Shown piece after piece: positions 17,856 through 27,241 of a DNA stretch of 64,000 nt. The stretch lies in NCBI GenBank assembly GCA_041738755.1, contig JBGSPE010000003.1, positions 62,602 through 126,601 of the forward strand, written 5' to 3'. The notes under the pieces were generated by a model, which was given only the letters and a program-made list of their open reading frames with translations, searched no databases and was not told the origin of the DNA. The DNA is from Minisyncoccia bacterium. GTDB taxonomy: Bacteria; Patescibacteriota; Minisyncoccia; Phycocordibacterales; UBA918. The position numbers and the translations under genes are program-made. Numbering within the stretch: the stretch's first letter is position 1; each line of letters begins with the position of its first letter.

Positions 17856-19793
17856 CTACCGGACTTCCCAACCTTTGTCGGCGACGACCTTGTAGACGGT
17901 ATCCATATATCCAGCAACCTCATCATCAGTCAAGGTTTTTTCAAATGACTGAAAGACGAGACGGAAGGCGTAGGAGGTTCTCCCCTCTTTTGTAAAGGTG
18001 TCAAAGAGAGAAAGTCGGACAAGCAAGTCGCCAGCAGCGTGTGTGATGGTTGCTTCAATATCATAGGCCAACTCTCCTTCGCCCACCCACAGCGCAATAT
18101 CGCGACTAATGGCTGGATAGACTGACACTGCTTTGTACATTGCCGGACTATGGGAAATAAATTCTCCGTATGAAGATGGCACCGGTAAGGTTGGTAATAG
18201 AGCTGAAAGATTTGCTTCCGCTACCCCTTTATCGACCTTCCAATCGATTGGAAGGTTTAGTATGGTTTCAACTGTAGCACAAGCGGTCTTGAGGATGGCG
18301 TCATCTTTCGGATTATAACCATTGCCCTTGGTACGAACTCCAAGTGCGAGAGAAACATACTCAGTAACTGACGTGGAGGTCTTATCAAACACGGTACCAA
18401 TTTCAAATACCCTGACATCTGTCACGCCAAGTAAATCAGTATGAAGAAAGTTAGCATCGAGCGCTTTTTCAATGTTTTTAGTAAGTGTATTGCGAAGATA
18501 ACTCTTATCGGCAGCGAGAGCATTTTGTAATTGTATTTCTGCTTTATTGGTGAAGGACGAGGTAATAATTTCTGAAAAACCATTTTCAATCAGCTCTTGT
18601 CGAATGGCTTCGGTATAAAATTGTCGCACGTTTACTCGACTGACTGACTGGGGTTCTGGTGGGATTGCCACAATGGTATGGAGTCCATGGATACGACCAA
18701 TCTCCTCAATAAAATCTTCTGCAATCAATAAGTCATTACGCTCCCATGGTCCAACGACCGTAAAGCTCTCAGGTGTTTCGGCTGTCACCTCTGCTCCAAT
18801 TCGAAGCATAATGTCTTTCATTTCAGATGGTGACAAAGATAAGCCGAGCAATGCGTTTACCTGCACAAAGGGTACCGTCACTTCAGGATTTATTTTTTTA
18901 GCTTGATATGAGTCAACCCAACCCTCGAAGGTACCACCAGCGGTATCAGTGATAAGTTTTATGACTTCTGCCTGCGCAATCGGAACGAGTTCACGAGATG
19001 GTTCGTTTTCAAATCGCTTACTAGCGTCAATGACGATACCGAGGCGGCGAGCAGTTTTACGAGTGATAGTTGGATTAAAGTGAGCCGCTTCAATAAGAAT
19101 ATGTTTAGTACCGCTGTGTACCCCAGCAAACCGACCGCCTTTTACTCCCGCCAAACCAATTGGGGTATCGGTCGCTCCATCAACAATCAGTAACTCAGTT
19201 CCCTTGAGAGTTACGACTCTGTCACCTTCAGTCCCACCCTCAGGGAGTAAAGAAACCGTTTCATCTGGTCGGGCATGGCGTATGACAAAATTCCACTTCC
19301 CATCAACCTGGGTAAACAAGTCGGCATCATAGGCATGAGTTGGTTCACCAATGGCATACATGACGTAGTTGGTAGCATCGACAATGTTATTGATAGAACG
19401 GACTCCGAGTGCATTGAGTCGCTTCTTCAACCACTCAGGTGATTCTTTTACTTCAATGCCAGTTATTAAGGCAGCTGAGAAACGAGGGCAAGCGGTAGGA
19501 TTTTCAATTGTAATAGTGATTTTATCAGTGACGGCAAGCTCTACCGTTTGTTGTAGCGGATCAAGTGTAAGCTGCGTATTAAGCAGTGAAGCGAGCTCAC
19601 GCGCAATTCCTCTGTGACAGAGGCAGTCACTAGCCCGGTTCGGTAGCACACTCACGTCAATCACCGTCTCCCCTGCCACCTCATCAACACCATCCACTTC
19701 AAAAGAATGGAAGGTCAAAAGCTCTTCCACTTTTTCTGGAGATGGGAGACTGTCTCCAACATACTCTTTTAACCATGAGTGTACGACTTTCAT
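17856..19793 (-). CDS. pheT: phenylalanine--tRNA ligase beta subunit (lacks B2 domain)
   Basis: Start MKVVHSWLKEY at 19793; PNRASDCL, INNIVDATNYV, DFIEEIGRIHG, and C-terminal FDX-ACB (RDIAL...TLTDDEV). Confidence 0.95.
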   Translation of the reverse strand: MKVVHSWLKEYVGDSLPSPEKVEELLTFHSFEVDGVDEVAGETVIDVSVLPNRASDCLCHRGIARELASLLNTQLTLDPLQQTVELAVTDKITITIENPTACPRFSAALITGIEVKESPEWLKKRLNALGVRSINNIVDATNYVMYAIGEPTHAYDADLFTQVDGKWNFVIRHARPDETVSLLPEGGTEGDRVVTLKGTELLIVDGATDTPIGLAGVKGGRFAGVHSGTKHILIEAAHFNPTITRKTARRLGIVIDASKRFENEPSRELVPIAQAEVIKLITDTAGGTFEGWVDSYQAKKINPEVTVPFVQVNALLGLSLSPSEMKDIMLRIGAEVTAETPESFTVVGPWERNDLLIAEDFIEEIGRIHGLHTIVAIPPEPQSVSRVNVRQFYTEAIRQELIENGFSEIITSSFTNKAEIQLQNALAADKSYLRNTLTKNIEKALDANFLHTDLLGVTDVRVFEIGTVFDKTSTSVTEYVSLALGVRTKGNGYNPKDDAILKTACATVETILNLPIDWKVDKGVAEANLSALLPTLPVPSSYGEFISHSPAMYKAVSVYPAISRDIALWVGEGELAYDIEATITHAAGDLLVRLSLFDTFTKEGRTSYAFRLVFQSFEKTLTDDEVAGYMDTVYKVVADKGWEVR

Positions 19794-19795
19794 AT

Positions 19796-20059
19796 TCAGT
19801 CCGTTAGAGATAGAAAACTTTTTAAACGATTTTTTATGTATCTTTTTCCCATACAAGTTTTTAAGTATTTTTCTCTGTTAAACGCGTCAGTTTGACTAAG
19901 ACACATTTCGTAATAAATAATTTCAACAGGAAGTCTATCCTTTGTGGAAGTGACATAACCTTGTTGATGTTGTTTAAAACGTTTTCGTAAATCATTTGTA
20001 CAACCAGTATATAACTTATTATCGTTAAGACTTTTGAGTACATAGACATAATATGACAT
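19796..20059 (-). CDS. small GIY-YIG nuclease
   Basis: YYVYVLKS...LYTGCTNDLRKRFKQH...STK.R.P...YYE...AFNREKYLK. Confidence 0.92.
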   Translation of the reverse strand: MSYYVYVLKSLNDNKLYTGCTNDLRKRFKQHQQGYVTSTKDRLPVEIIYYEMCLSQTDAFNREKYLKTCMGKRYIKNRLKSFLSLTD

Positions 20060-20077
20060 ATTAATCTCTAACGGACT
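19798..20077. mobile_element. putative minimal mobile cassette: GIY-YIG gene bounded by perfect 14-bp terminal inverted repeats
   Basis: AGTCCGTTAGAGAT (19798-19811) and ATCTCTAACGGACT (20064-20077); sits exactly between the pheS stop and the pheT start. Confidence 0.7.
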
Positions 20078-20801
20078 AAAACTGATTTACAAACCTAAGG
20101 TCGCCGGTGTAATAATCACGAATATCTTCTACGCCATATCGCATCACCCCAAGCCTATCAACTCCAATCCCAAAGGCATACCCTGAATAAACAGTTGGAT
20201 CAATACCGCAGTTGCGAAGTACGTTTGGGTGCACCATTCCGGCCCCCATGACTTCAATCCACTTCCCCGCGAGCTTTGAATTACCATCAAGTAGTTTCAT
20301 ATCTACCTCAACACCTGGTTCGACAAACGGGAAGAAGCTCGGTCGAAAGCGTACCTCAGTGCTCCCACTAAAAAACTTTGAAAAGAAGTATTCGAGCGTG
20401 CCCTTGAGGTGACCAAGATTAATATCTTTGTCGACATGCAATCCTTCCAGCTGATAAAACTGCGCTTCGTGAGTAGCGTCAGTAGCTTCATTTCGGAATA
20501 CCTTACCCGGTACAATCATCTTGATTGGTGGTTGGTTATGTTCCATAAACCGAGCTTGAACTGGACTGGTATGAGTTCGCAGTACCATTGGCTCGCTAAC
20601 ATCTTTGGTCTTAAACCAAAACGTATCCTGCATATCGCGCGACGGGTGATCTTTCGCTACGTTTAATTTATCAAAATTGTATTCTTCTGTTTCAGCTTCT
20701 GGACCTTCCGCAAACACAAAACCAATCTCCGAAAAGATGTGATTGATTTCGGCAATCATCTGTGACAGCGGATGTTGATGGCCAGCCGGGATTTGGTGCA
20801 T
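20076..20801 (-). CDS. pheS: phenylalanine--tRNA ligase alpha subunit (catalytic domain only)
   Basis: GHQHPL, HPSRDMQDTF, LRTHTSPVQ, RFRPSFFPFVEP, GAGMVHPNVL, GDLRFVNQF. Confidence 0.96.
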   Translation of the reverse strand: MHQIPAGHQHPLSQMIAEINHIFSEIGFVFAEGPEAETEEYNFDKLNVAKDHPSRDMQDTFWFKTKDVSEPMVLRTHTSPVQARFMEHNQPPIKMIVPGKVFRNEATDATHEAQFYQLEGLHVDKDINLGHLKGTLEYFFSKFFSGSTEVRFRPSFFPFVEPGVEVDMKLLDGNSKLAGKWIEVMGAGMVHPNVLRNCGIDPTVYSGYAFGIGVDRLGVMRYGVEDIRDYYTGDLRFVNQF

Positions 20802-20806
20802 AGGAA

Positions 20807-21964
20807 TTAGTTATCTGCTTCGATTGTTGTAAGCAACTCAAAATATCGACCGTCTTCCTCTACGTATATATTGTCATCGGTAACCACTACCTCAAAGTCA
20901 TCCCCTTCGTAAATCTTTTGGGTATTTTGCCACGCTCGGTCGTCAATCTCTGTAACATAGAGACCGTCTTCTAATTTGAGAATAACAAGATCATTCACAT
21001 CAGGAAAGAAGAAGAACGAGTCGACTGTTTGCCACTTTCTATCAAGTTTGATTTCACTCCGGCAAGCGCGCGTATTGGCAAACCATAGTGGTGTGGTTGT
21101 AGAGAGCCGTTGTGTATCAACCTGCAAAGCGACATGCTCACCATACCGGGTCGCCAGTGTACTCGTCGCGGCATCAAACACGCAGAAATAGTGCGGTACA
21201 GTGTTCTCTGATCCAACCCAGCGCGCGTACAGTTCATTTTCTCTTAAGACGATGCGCATATTGTTTCGCTCAATAAATGCTTCAGTGGTAGAAGCAACCG
21301 GGACACTGCTCGTTGCAAACCGAAACTGTTCAAGTTGTGTTTCAATTCGGTCAACCAATGTCGATGAGGCAGCAGTACTACTCGCCATCTCGGTGAAAAG
21401 GCTCATTACAAAATCAAATTCAGTGTTAGCTGTCAGGGTACCCGTAGCGGTGGTGGTTGTAACCAAAAATGGTTCGGTGGTTGTACCTTTTGCAAAAAGG
21501 TTAGTTGAGGTACTGCTCTCAATAAACACCCCGACTCCAGTGGCATTTCGGTATTCTGGAATTGGGCGGATTTGTGGTTCGACCGGCATGTTAAAGGCTG
21601 CTACCTCAGTCACTATATATGGATCAACCGGAAGTTCTTTTACCCAAGTTTGTAAACCATTCCCTTGTACCACCAACCGATGAACTCCATTTTCAATATT
21701 TTGGATATAGTAGGCACTCCGAAAGAGACGCGGACGGTCTACTTGCACCTCATCTAAATAGACGTCTACATCAAGATTATTTGTCGTAATATAAATTCCA
21801 CCCGTAGTAACAATTGTCGTTTCTTCATTTTCAAAACTCAGACGGTAGCCTGACGTGTAAAAAATAAAAATCGGCAAGGTGACGAGAAAAATTGCCAAAA
21901 GTAAAAAGAAGAAACTTTGCCGTTTACGATATGAGAGTAATTTAATTTGTGGTTCAGTTGGCAT
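20807..21964 (-). CDS. membrane-anchored PEGA-like domain protein
   Basis: N-terminal TM, GYRL...TGGIYI....DVYLD, W.KEL.V; Ser/Thr-rich segments. Confidence 0.7.
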   Translation of the reverse strand: MPTEPQIKLLSYRKRQSFFFLLLAIFLVTLPIFIFYTSGYRLSFENEETTIVTTGGIYITTNNLDVDVYLDEVQVDRPRLFRSAYYIQNIENGVHRLVVQGNGLQTWVKELPVDPYIVTEVAAFNMPVEPQIRPIPEYRNATGVGVFIESSTSTNLFAKGTTTEPFLVTTTTATGTLTANTEFDFVMSLFTEMASSTAASSTLVDRIETQLEQFRFATSSVPVASTTEAFIERNNMRIVLRENELYARWVGSENTVPHYFCVFDAATSTLATRYGEHVALQVDTQRLSTTTPLWFANTRACRSEIKLDRKWQTVDSFFFFPDVNDLVILKLEDGLYVTEIDDRAWQNTQKIYEGDDFEVVVTDDNIYVEEDGRYFELLTTIEADN

Positions 21965-21969
21965 AGAGG

Positions 21970-23529
21970 TTATTTGACTCGTTTTGGGGTTACCCAGAAG
22001 CCCATGTACCGACCAAACATCAGTCGGGTCTGGGCATCAAGACCTGGCAAAGCGCTAAAGATAATCATCGTGATAGGAACCATAATCCACTGGAGTACCA
22101 TTACGACATATTTAAAACGAGAGTATTTCTCTGGTCGAGGCGGTGTCAGTGACAGTGAGATGATTGAAGAAATAACTAATCCAATCATCGCGATAATGAG
22201 AAGATTTCGCACCATGATAGGTAACTCGTAGGAAAGTACTGTTTCATGAAATTCACGAGTCCCTAAGAAAATTGGAGCCCACCCTAAAATGAAAAGCATG
22301 ATGGGATTGGTCACCAGTGACCAATACCCTTCCCCTTGAAGTGCCGCAATTGCTAGTCGCTTTTTGAGAGGAATATTTTTGTTCTTCGTAAAGTGAAAAG
22401 TAATGTATACCCAGTTCTCAACACCATAGGTCCACCGTCGGTGTTGTTTGTAGATATTTTTAATTGTTCCGAAGAAGGTTGGTGCGATTGTAGCGTCCAT
22501 CGAGATGGGATATGAAAGCGGCACAATATCAAACACTCCATCATTGGCAATCAAAAGGTTCCAATAAATACGCGAATCTTCACTCACGACATTTGCTTGC
22601 CCATAGCCTATTTCATAGAGCGCTTGGTATGACACAGAGTGAGACGAGAACGTAGCGGACTTATCAGGCCGTTCCTGCATAATCATTTGCCAAAAGGTAC
22701 TCGACATCGCCATTACCCGAGACAAAGCCGGAGCTTCCCAGAGATTGTTATTAAATAATGGCACCGGTTGAAAAGCACTCTTGTAAGGATGTTCACTATT
22801 CAAGAAGTGCCACATAAGGCAGTTAAAGTAGTCAGGGTAAATAACCGTATCCACATCAAAAATAGAAGTGATGATATCTTCGTTCGGGATGTTGTTGGCA
22901 GCAATTATCTCAGTATGAACCTGATGAAGGGCATGGTGTGTGTTTGACCCCTTACCAGCCAGTTCACCTGGAATATCTGCTGGGTGAGCTGAAACCAAGA
23001 AGTGACCAAACATATGACCGTACTTTTCTTGCATGGCATGACCTTGCGCAACAGCCCCCTCGCCTGCTCGCTCTTCAGCTGCCAACACAACAATCATTTT
23101 TTTAAGATCATACTTGGCTGCAGTAAGACCTCGTAGTGCTTCTTCAAGCACCTCTACCGGTTCGCTGTAATACGGAAAGATAATTAAATGATGGAATTTT
23201 TGGTACGGTAGTGCACTAACCAGCATCTGCCAATCAAGTTGCATATGGTGCTTAAGACGCTTCCAGTTATACCGGACGTGGTAAGAAAGGAAGATTGTCT
23301 TTAATACCCAGTAGATAGCAAAAGCAATAATGAAATAAGCCGCCCAGAATGGGAAATAGATTGAAGCGAGAATCACTCCAATCAAAGCTGACCACGATAG
23401 CGCTCCTGGAACAATCTCAAGAAACCGATAAAAACGTCTATCAGACCCGGTGAGTTCCGTGGCACGACCGACCTTAAAGTCAGGCCGTCTCGCGTAAGGA
23501 AGTAAATGCGACTGTGATTCTTCCGACAT
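21970..23529 (-). CDS. family 2 glycosyltransferase, multi-TM (processive type)
   Basis: GKGSN, FDVD (DxD), SED and QHRRW (QxxRW) motifs; N- and C-terminal TMs. Confidence 0.88.
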   Translation of the reverse strand: MSEESQSHLLPYARRPDFKVGRATELTGSDRRFYRFLEIVPGALSWSALIGVILASIYFPFWAAYFIIAFAIYWVLKTIFLSYHVRYNWKRLKHHMQLDWQMLVSALPYQKFHHLIIFPYYSEPVEVLEEALRGLTAAKYDLKKMIVVLAAEERAGEGAVAQGHAMQEKYGHMFGHFLVSAHPADIPGELAGKGSNTHHALHQVHTEIIAANNIPNEDIITSIFDVDTVIYPDYFNCLMWHFLNSEHPYKSAFQPVPLFNNNLWEAPALSRVMAMSSTFWQMIMQERPDKSATFSSHSVSYQALYEIGYGQANVVSEDSRIYWNLLIANDGVFDIVPLSYPISMDATIAPTFFGTIKNIYKQHRRWTYGVENWVYITFHFTKNKNIPLKKRLAIAALQGEGYWSLVTNPIMLFILGWAPIFLGTREFHETVLSYELPIMVRNLLIIAMIGLVISSIISLSLTPPRPEKYSRFKYVVMVLQWIMVPITMIIFSALPGLDAQTRLMFGRYMGFWVTPKRVK

Positions 23530-23649
23530 GTGTACCCCGGAGTATACCGCGTTTTCAGGGGGAAATAAAGGTATTGTGGTGCTTATTTAACTCAGCGCGT
23601 AAGAGTATTTAGACCATCGGATAATTGCCTCTATGGTATTATTATATAT

Positions 23650-24036
23650 ATGAAATGTCTCACTTGCTCAAAAGAGCTAAAGCCCTATCAAAAGAAATAT
23701 TGTTCAAATCTGTGCCAACATGAGCAGCAGAATCGTGAATATATTAAACTCTGGAAAGCAGGACAGGCAGATGGAAATCGTGGCAAAAAAGTAAAGCTTT
23801 TATCAAAACACTTACGTCGCTACTTAATATCTAAACATGACGAAAAATGTTCTCAATGTGCATGGTCAATAAAACATTCAGTTACTGGAGTTGTACCTCT
23901 TGAGATTGATCATATTGATGGTAATGCAGAGAATAATGCCGAAGAAAACCTACGACTCTTATGTCCAAATTGTCACGCACTAACCCCGCACTTTAGAAAC
24001 TTAAATCGCGGACACGGTCGAACATGGAGAAAATAA
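23650..24036 (+). CDS. HNH endonuclease with N-terminal zinc finger
   Basis: CxxC...KYCSxxC; CSQC...LEIDHIDGN..NN...NLRLLCPNCH. Confidence 0.92.
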   Translation: MKCLTCSKELKPYQKKYCSNLCQHEQQNREYIKLWKAGQADGNRGKKVKLLSKHLRRYLISKHDEKCSQCAWSIKHSVTGVVPLEIDHIDGNAENNAEENLRLLCPNCHALTPHFRNLNRGHGRTWRK

Positions 24037-24065
24037 AAGGACCGCTGTGAAGCGGTCCTTTTATT
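24032..24065. terminator. bidirectional terminator
   Basis: 15-bp arms AATAAAAGGACCGCT/AGCGGTCCTTTTATT between the HNH gene and the convergent tRNA. Confidence 0.8.
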
Positions 24066-24084
24066 AGATTGTTTCAAATTTTTG

Positions 24085-24157
24085 AGCCGCCTGTCAGGCT
24101 CGAACTGACGACCTACGCGTTACAAATGCGTTGCTCTACCAACTGAGCTAAGGCGGC
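24085..24157 (-). tRNA. trnT: tRNA-Thr(UGU), CCA not encoded
   Basis: GCCGCCTTAGCTCAGTTGGTAGAGCAACGCATTTGTAACGCGTAGGTCGTCAGTTCGAGCCTGACAGGCGGCT forms a full cloverleaf; anticodon TGT, discriminator U. Confidence 0.97.
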
Positions 24158-24192
24158 TAAAAAATTTTAAACTCTTTGAAGAAATATTTTTT

Positions 24193-24253
24193 GTTACAAA
24201 TGGTTCGAACGTATCCCATACGTTCTTACCTCTCCCAACTAAACCAAGGCGGC
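24193..24253 (-). pseudogene. degenerate duplicate of the tRNA-Thr 5' half with a hairpin insertion
   Basis: GCCGCCTTGGTTTAGTTGGGAGAG...CATTTGTAAC matches the adjacent tRNA up to the anticodon loop. The insert contains GAACGTAT-GGG-ATACGTTC. Confidence 0.7.
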
Positions 24254-24297
24254 TTATTTATTGGTGCCCTGCATCATAGCAAATCCTCCAAAATTTA

Positions 24298-24741
24298 CTA
24301 GTGGGTATCTTCGAGCTTGTCGTGCCGAATTCGCGCTTGCTCTTCGGGAGTCAAAGCAACCTTGGCTTTATGCTCTGCAACCTTGCTTAAGTGATTATCA
24401 GAAAACGTATTTCTCATTTCAGCCCGGAGAAGTTTGGCTTTCTGACGATTATTTTCAAAATGAGCTTCGATATATTCATATGTTCTAAGCAGCACCGTTA
24501 GAAACGTACGAAGTAGTGAATGAATACTGTAATACCACCCCAGCTGTACCACATACCGAGCAAAGTTTCGCCACGCCTCTTTAGCTCGGCGACCTACTTC
24601 AATAAACAGATAATCAAGCCAACTACGAAAGCGCTTCAGAATGAAGCGCTTTCCTGTTCTTTTTTCAAATTGTACCACTACCGTTAACACTATCCATAAG
24701 CTCAGGCTTATTACAAACGTTGTGAGAGGTGGTGTAAGCAT
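24298..24741 (-). CDS. hypothetical membrane protein
   Basis: 147-aa ORF starting 4 nt after the tsf stop; N-terminal TM, basic. Confidence 0.7.
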   Translation of the reverse strand: MLTPPLTTFVISLSLWIVLTVVVQFEKRTGKRFILKRFRSWLDYLFIEVGRRAKEAWRNFARYVVQLGWYYSIHSLLRTFLTVLLRTYEYIEAHFENNRQKAKLLRAEMRNTFSDNHLSKVAEHKAKVALTPEEQARIRHDKLEDTH

Positions 24742-24745
24742 TACA

Positions 24746-25330
24746 TTATTTTACCGCCACTCGGGAAATTTTCACAATTGAAACATTTTCGCCGAATTTC
24801 TGAACGGCACCACTTACCATTTCCTTAATAGTTATATCTGGGTTTTTGATGAATGGTTGTTCAAGGAGGATTTGATCTCTAAAGTAAGAAGCCAACTTCC
24901 CTTCCATAATTTTCTCTTGCATGTCAGCTGGCTTATCAGCTACCTCAGCTGCAAAAACTTCTTTAGCTTTTTCGATTGCTTCAGCTGGTACTTCTTCACG
25001 TGTGATGAAGCCCGGATTATTAGCTGCTACTTGCATTGCAATGTCACGAGCCAACGCTACGAACTCAACGTTCTTAGAAACAAAGTCTGTCTCACAACCA
25101 AGCAGTACCATAGCAGCCACCTCGTTCGTATTATGAACATATGAACCTACAGCGCCCGCGCCAATCTCTCTATCAGACTTCTTATCAGCAGCTTCACTTC
25201 GCTTCTTCTTAAGGATGATGACCGCCTTCTCCATGTCACCATCTGCTTCTTCGAGTGCTCGCTTACACTGCATCACTGAAATACCAGTCATGTCACGAAG
25301 TTCTTTTAATTGTGCTGAAGTAATTTCCAT
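24746..25330 (-). CDS. tsf: elongation factor Ts (short form)
   Basis: LKELRDMTG..VMQCKRAL.EA.GD, CETDFV, LLEQPFIK. Likely start is ATG 25330. Confidence 0.95.
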   Translation of the reverse strand: MEITSAQLKELRDMTGISVMQCKRALEEADGDMEKAVIILKKKRSEAADKKSDREIGAGAVGSYVHNTNEVAAMVLLGCETDFVSKNVEFVALARDIAMQVAANNPGFITREEVPAEAIEKAKEVFAAEVADKPADMQEKIMEGKLASYFRDQILLEQPFIKNPDITIKEMVSGAVQKFGENVSIVKISRVAVK

Positions 25331-25387
25331 AAAATACAAAACTTAAGAATGAACAAATAAATTTGACCGAGCTGGCAGCGTGCCGAC

Positions 25388-26143
25388 TTACGCAGTCTTT
25401 CGTCGTGTGAATGAAGATTCACGAGGGGCTACTGGGCGTGGGACATATGCTGCTGCTCCTTCTTGATATGCCTTAGCGAGTTCTTCAAGTACGAGCTTCA
25501 CACTTGTTTGTAGTGAATCATTGGCTACAACTGGATAGGTAATTTTATCAGCGTCACAGTCAGAACTCATGATACCGATAACGGGTACACCACAGGTAGC
25601 AGCTTCCGTGACCGCAATCACATCGTGTCGTGGGTCAACCACCACCATGAAGTCAGGAGCCTTTGTAATTTTTGAAATACCAAAGAAATTGAATGTGAGT
25701 TTATCCATTTCTCGACCAATCATCACTCGTTCTTTCTTTGTGTACTTTCGTTCAAGTTCACCTGATTCTTTTTCCTTCGTAAGGGTATCGAGTCGGTTGA
25801 TACGCTTTTTGATTTCTGGCAGGTTAGTCAACATCCCTCCAATCCATCGGTTTGCTACATATTGGAAACCTCCCTCTTCAGCGATTTTCTTCACGAGCTT
25901 TGAAGATTCATCTTTTGTACCAACAAACATTACCGTCTTACCAGTAAGACCAGCTTGTTTGAGAACTTCTTTTGCTGTTTCAATTGAAGCTGAGGTTTTC
26001 TCGAGATCGAAGACATCGACACCATCTTTAGTGGCGAAAAGGTACGGAATAACGGTTGGGTGTCGGCGACTCTTTTTGAAACCAAAATGAGCTCCGGCTG
26101 TAAACAGACGTTGGATTAATGTTGTATCGTTGGATGTTGACAT
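25388..26143 (-). CDS. rpsB: 30S ribosomal protein S2
   Basis: AGAHFG, FVGTK, RWIGGMLTN, ANDS. Likely start is ATG 26143. Confidence 0.95.
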   Translation of the reverse strand: MSTSNDTTLIQRLFTAGAHFGFKKSRRHPTVIPYLFATKDGVDVFDLEKTSASIETAKEVLKQAGLTGKTVMFVGTKDESSKLVKKIAEEGGFQYVANRWIGGMLTNLPEIKKRINRLDTLTKEKESGELERKYTKKERVMIGREMDKLTFNFFGISKITKAPDFMVVVDPRHDVIAVTEAATCGVPVIGIMSSDCDADKITYPVVANDSLQTSVKLVLEELAKAYQEGAAAYVPRPVAPRESSFTRRKTA

Positions 26144-26203
26144 AATAATAGTTATAGGCAAAAAGCGTAACCGCTTAGCGACGAGATGGTAGCATAGCCA
26201 CCA

Positions 26204-27181
26204 TTATTCTGCAACAGCTTCGCCACTAGCTTCAGCTGTTAAAGCCTCGACGATTGAACCAATTCCCCCAGCCATAATCTCTTCGAGGTTATGCCACGAC
26301 TGCTTAATCCTGTGGTCAGTCACCCGACTCTGCGGGAAATTATAGGTACGAATCTTTTCCGACCGGTCCCCTGTCCCAATTTGACCTTTTCGTTCTGAAG
26401 CATGCTTCTTTGCCCCCTCTTCATCATGAATAGCTTCGAGCTTCGCCATCAGGAGTGTCATAGCCTTTTCTCGGTTTTTGAGCTGAGAACGTTCTGATTG
26501 TGAGCGAACATCGATACCGGTTGGCTTATGGATGAGCCTAACGGCAGTTTCTACCTTGTTGACGTTCTGCCCACCTGCTCCACCTGCTCGCGAGAACTCC
26601 ATATCAATATCTCCAGGATTAATCTCAAAGAGAGGCTTTTTACGCATTGGTAACACCGCCACAGATGCAGTAGAGGTGTGAATTCGGCCCGCTTTTTCAG
26701 TTACCGGGATTCGTTGTACTCGGTGCACACCGGTTTCGTACCGGAGTGAATCGTAGACAGTCGGGCCTACAATTTCAAAGGCAGCCTCTTTGTACCCACC
26801 TGAAGTAGCTCTTGATTCGTGATCTTTTGAGTACGCCCACCGTTGTACTTCGGCATACCCGAGATACATGAGAGCAAGCTCTTCAGCAAACAGAGCCGCT
26901 TCATCTCCACCAGCGGCCGCTCGTACTTCAAGCACTACTCCGTACGGTTTCACCTCTTCTTCTTTCGAAGACTCAATGATTCTCGCCATTTCATCAAACG
27001 ACGCTTTGAGTTGCTCATCGAGCTCGGCTAATTCTTCGTTGGCTAATTCGACCATTTCTGGGTCATTCAAAAGCTCCGCAGCGAGCTCGCGTTTTTTCAT
27101 CAATGCATCAAACTGCGTACACAAAAATTGTGTCTTATGATTGTCTCTAAAAGATTGTAGGGTTTCTTCAGAAAAGTCCAT
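26204..27181 (-). CDS. prfA: peptide chain release factor 1 (short N-terminal domain)
   Basis: [19 protein letters not shown] (PxT), [28 protein letters not shown]. Likely start is ATG 27181. Confidence 0.95.
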   Translation of the reverse strand: MDFSEETLQSFRDNHKTQFLCTQFDALMKKRELAAELLNDPEMVELANEELAELDEQLKASFDEMARIIESSKEEEVKPYGVVLEVRAAAGGDEAALFAEELALMYLGYAEVQRWAYSKDHESRATSGGYKEAAFEIVGPTVYDSLRYETGVHRVQRIPVTEKAGRIHTSTASVAVLPMRKKPLFEINPGDIDMEFSRAGGAGGQNVNKVETAVRLIHKPTGIDVRSQSERSQLKNREKAMTLLMAKLEAIHDEEGAKKHASERKGQIGTGDRSEKIRTYNFPQSRVTDHRIKQSWHNLEEIMAGGIGSIVEALTAEASGEAVAE

Positions 27182-27241
27182 GGGAGGTATACTACACAAT
27201 AAAACGTGAAAATAGAAGCGTTCTTAACTCATGCTAATTAA

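Noticed and set aside
19794-19856. pheT N-terminal extension overlapping the GIY-YIG gene
   Set aside because: The conserved PheT start MK..SWL is at 19793; the extension is read-through of the cassette end.
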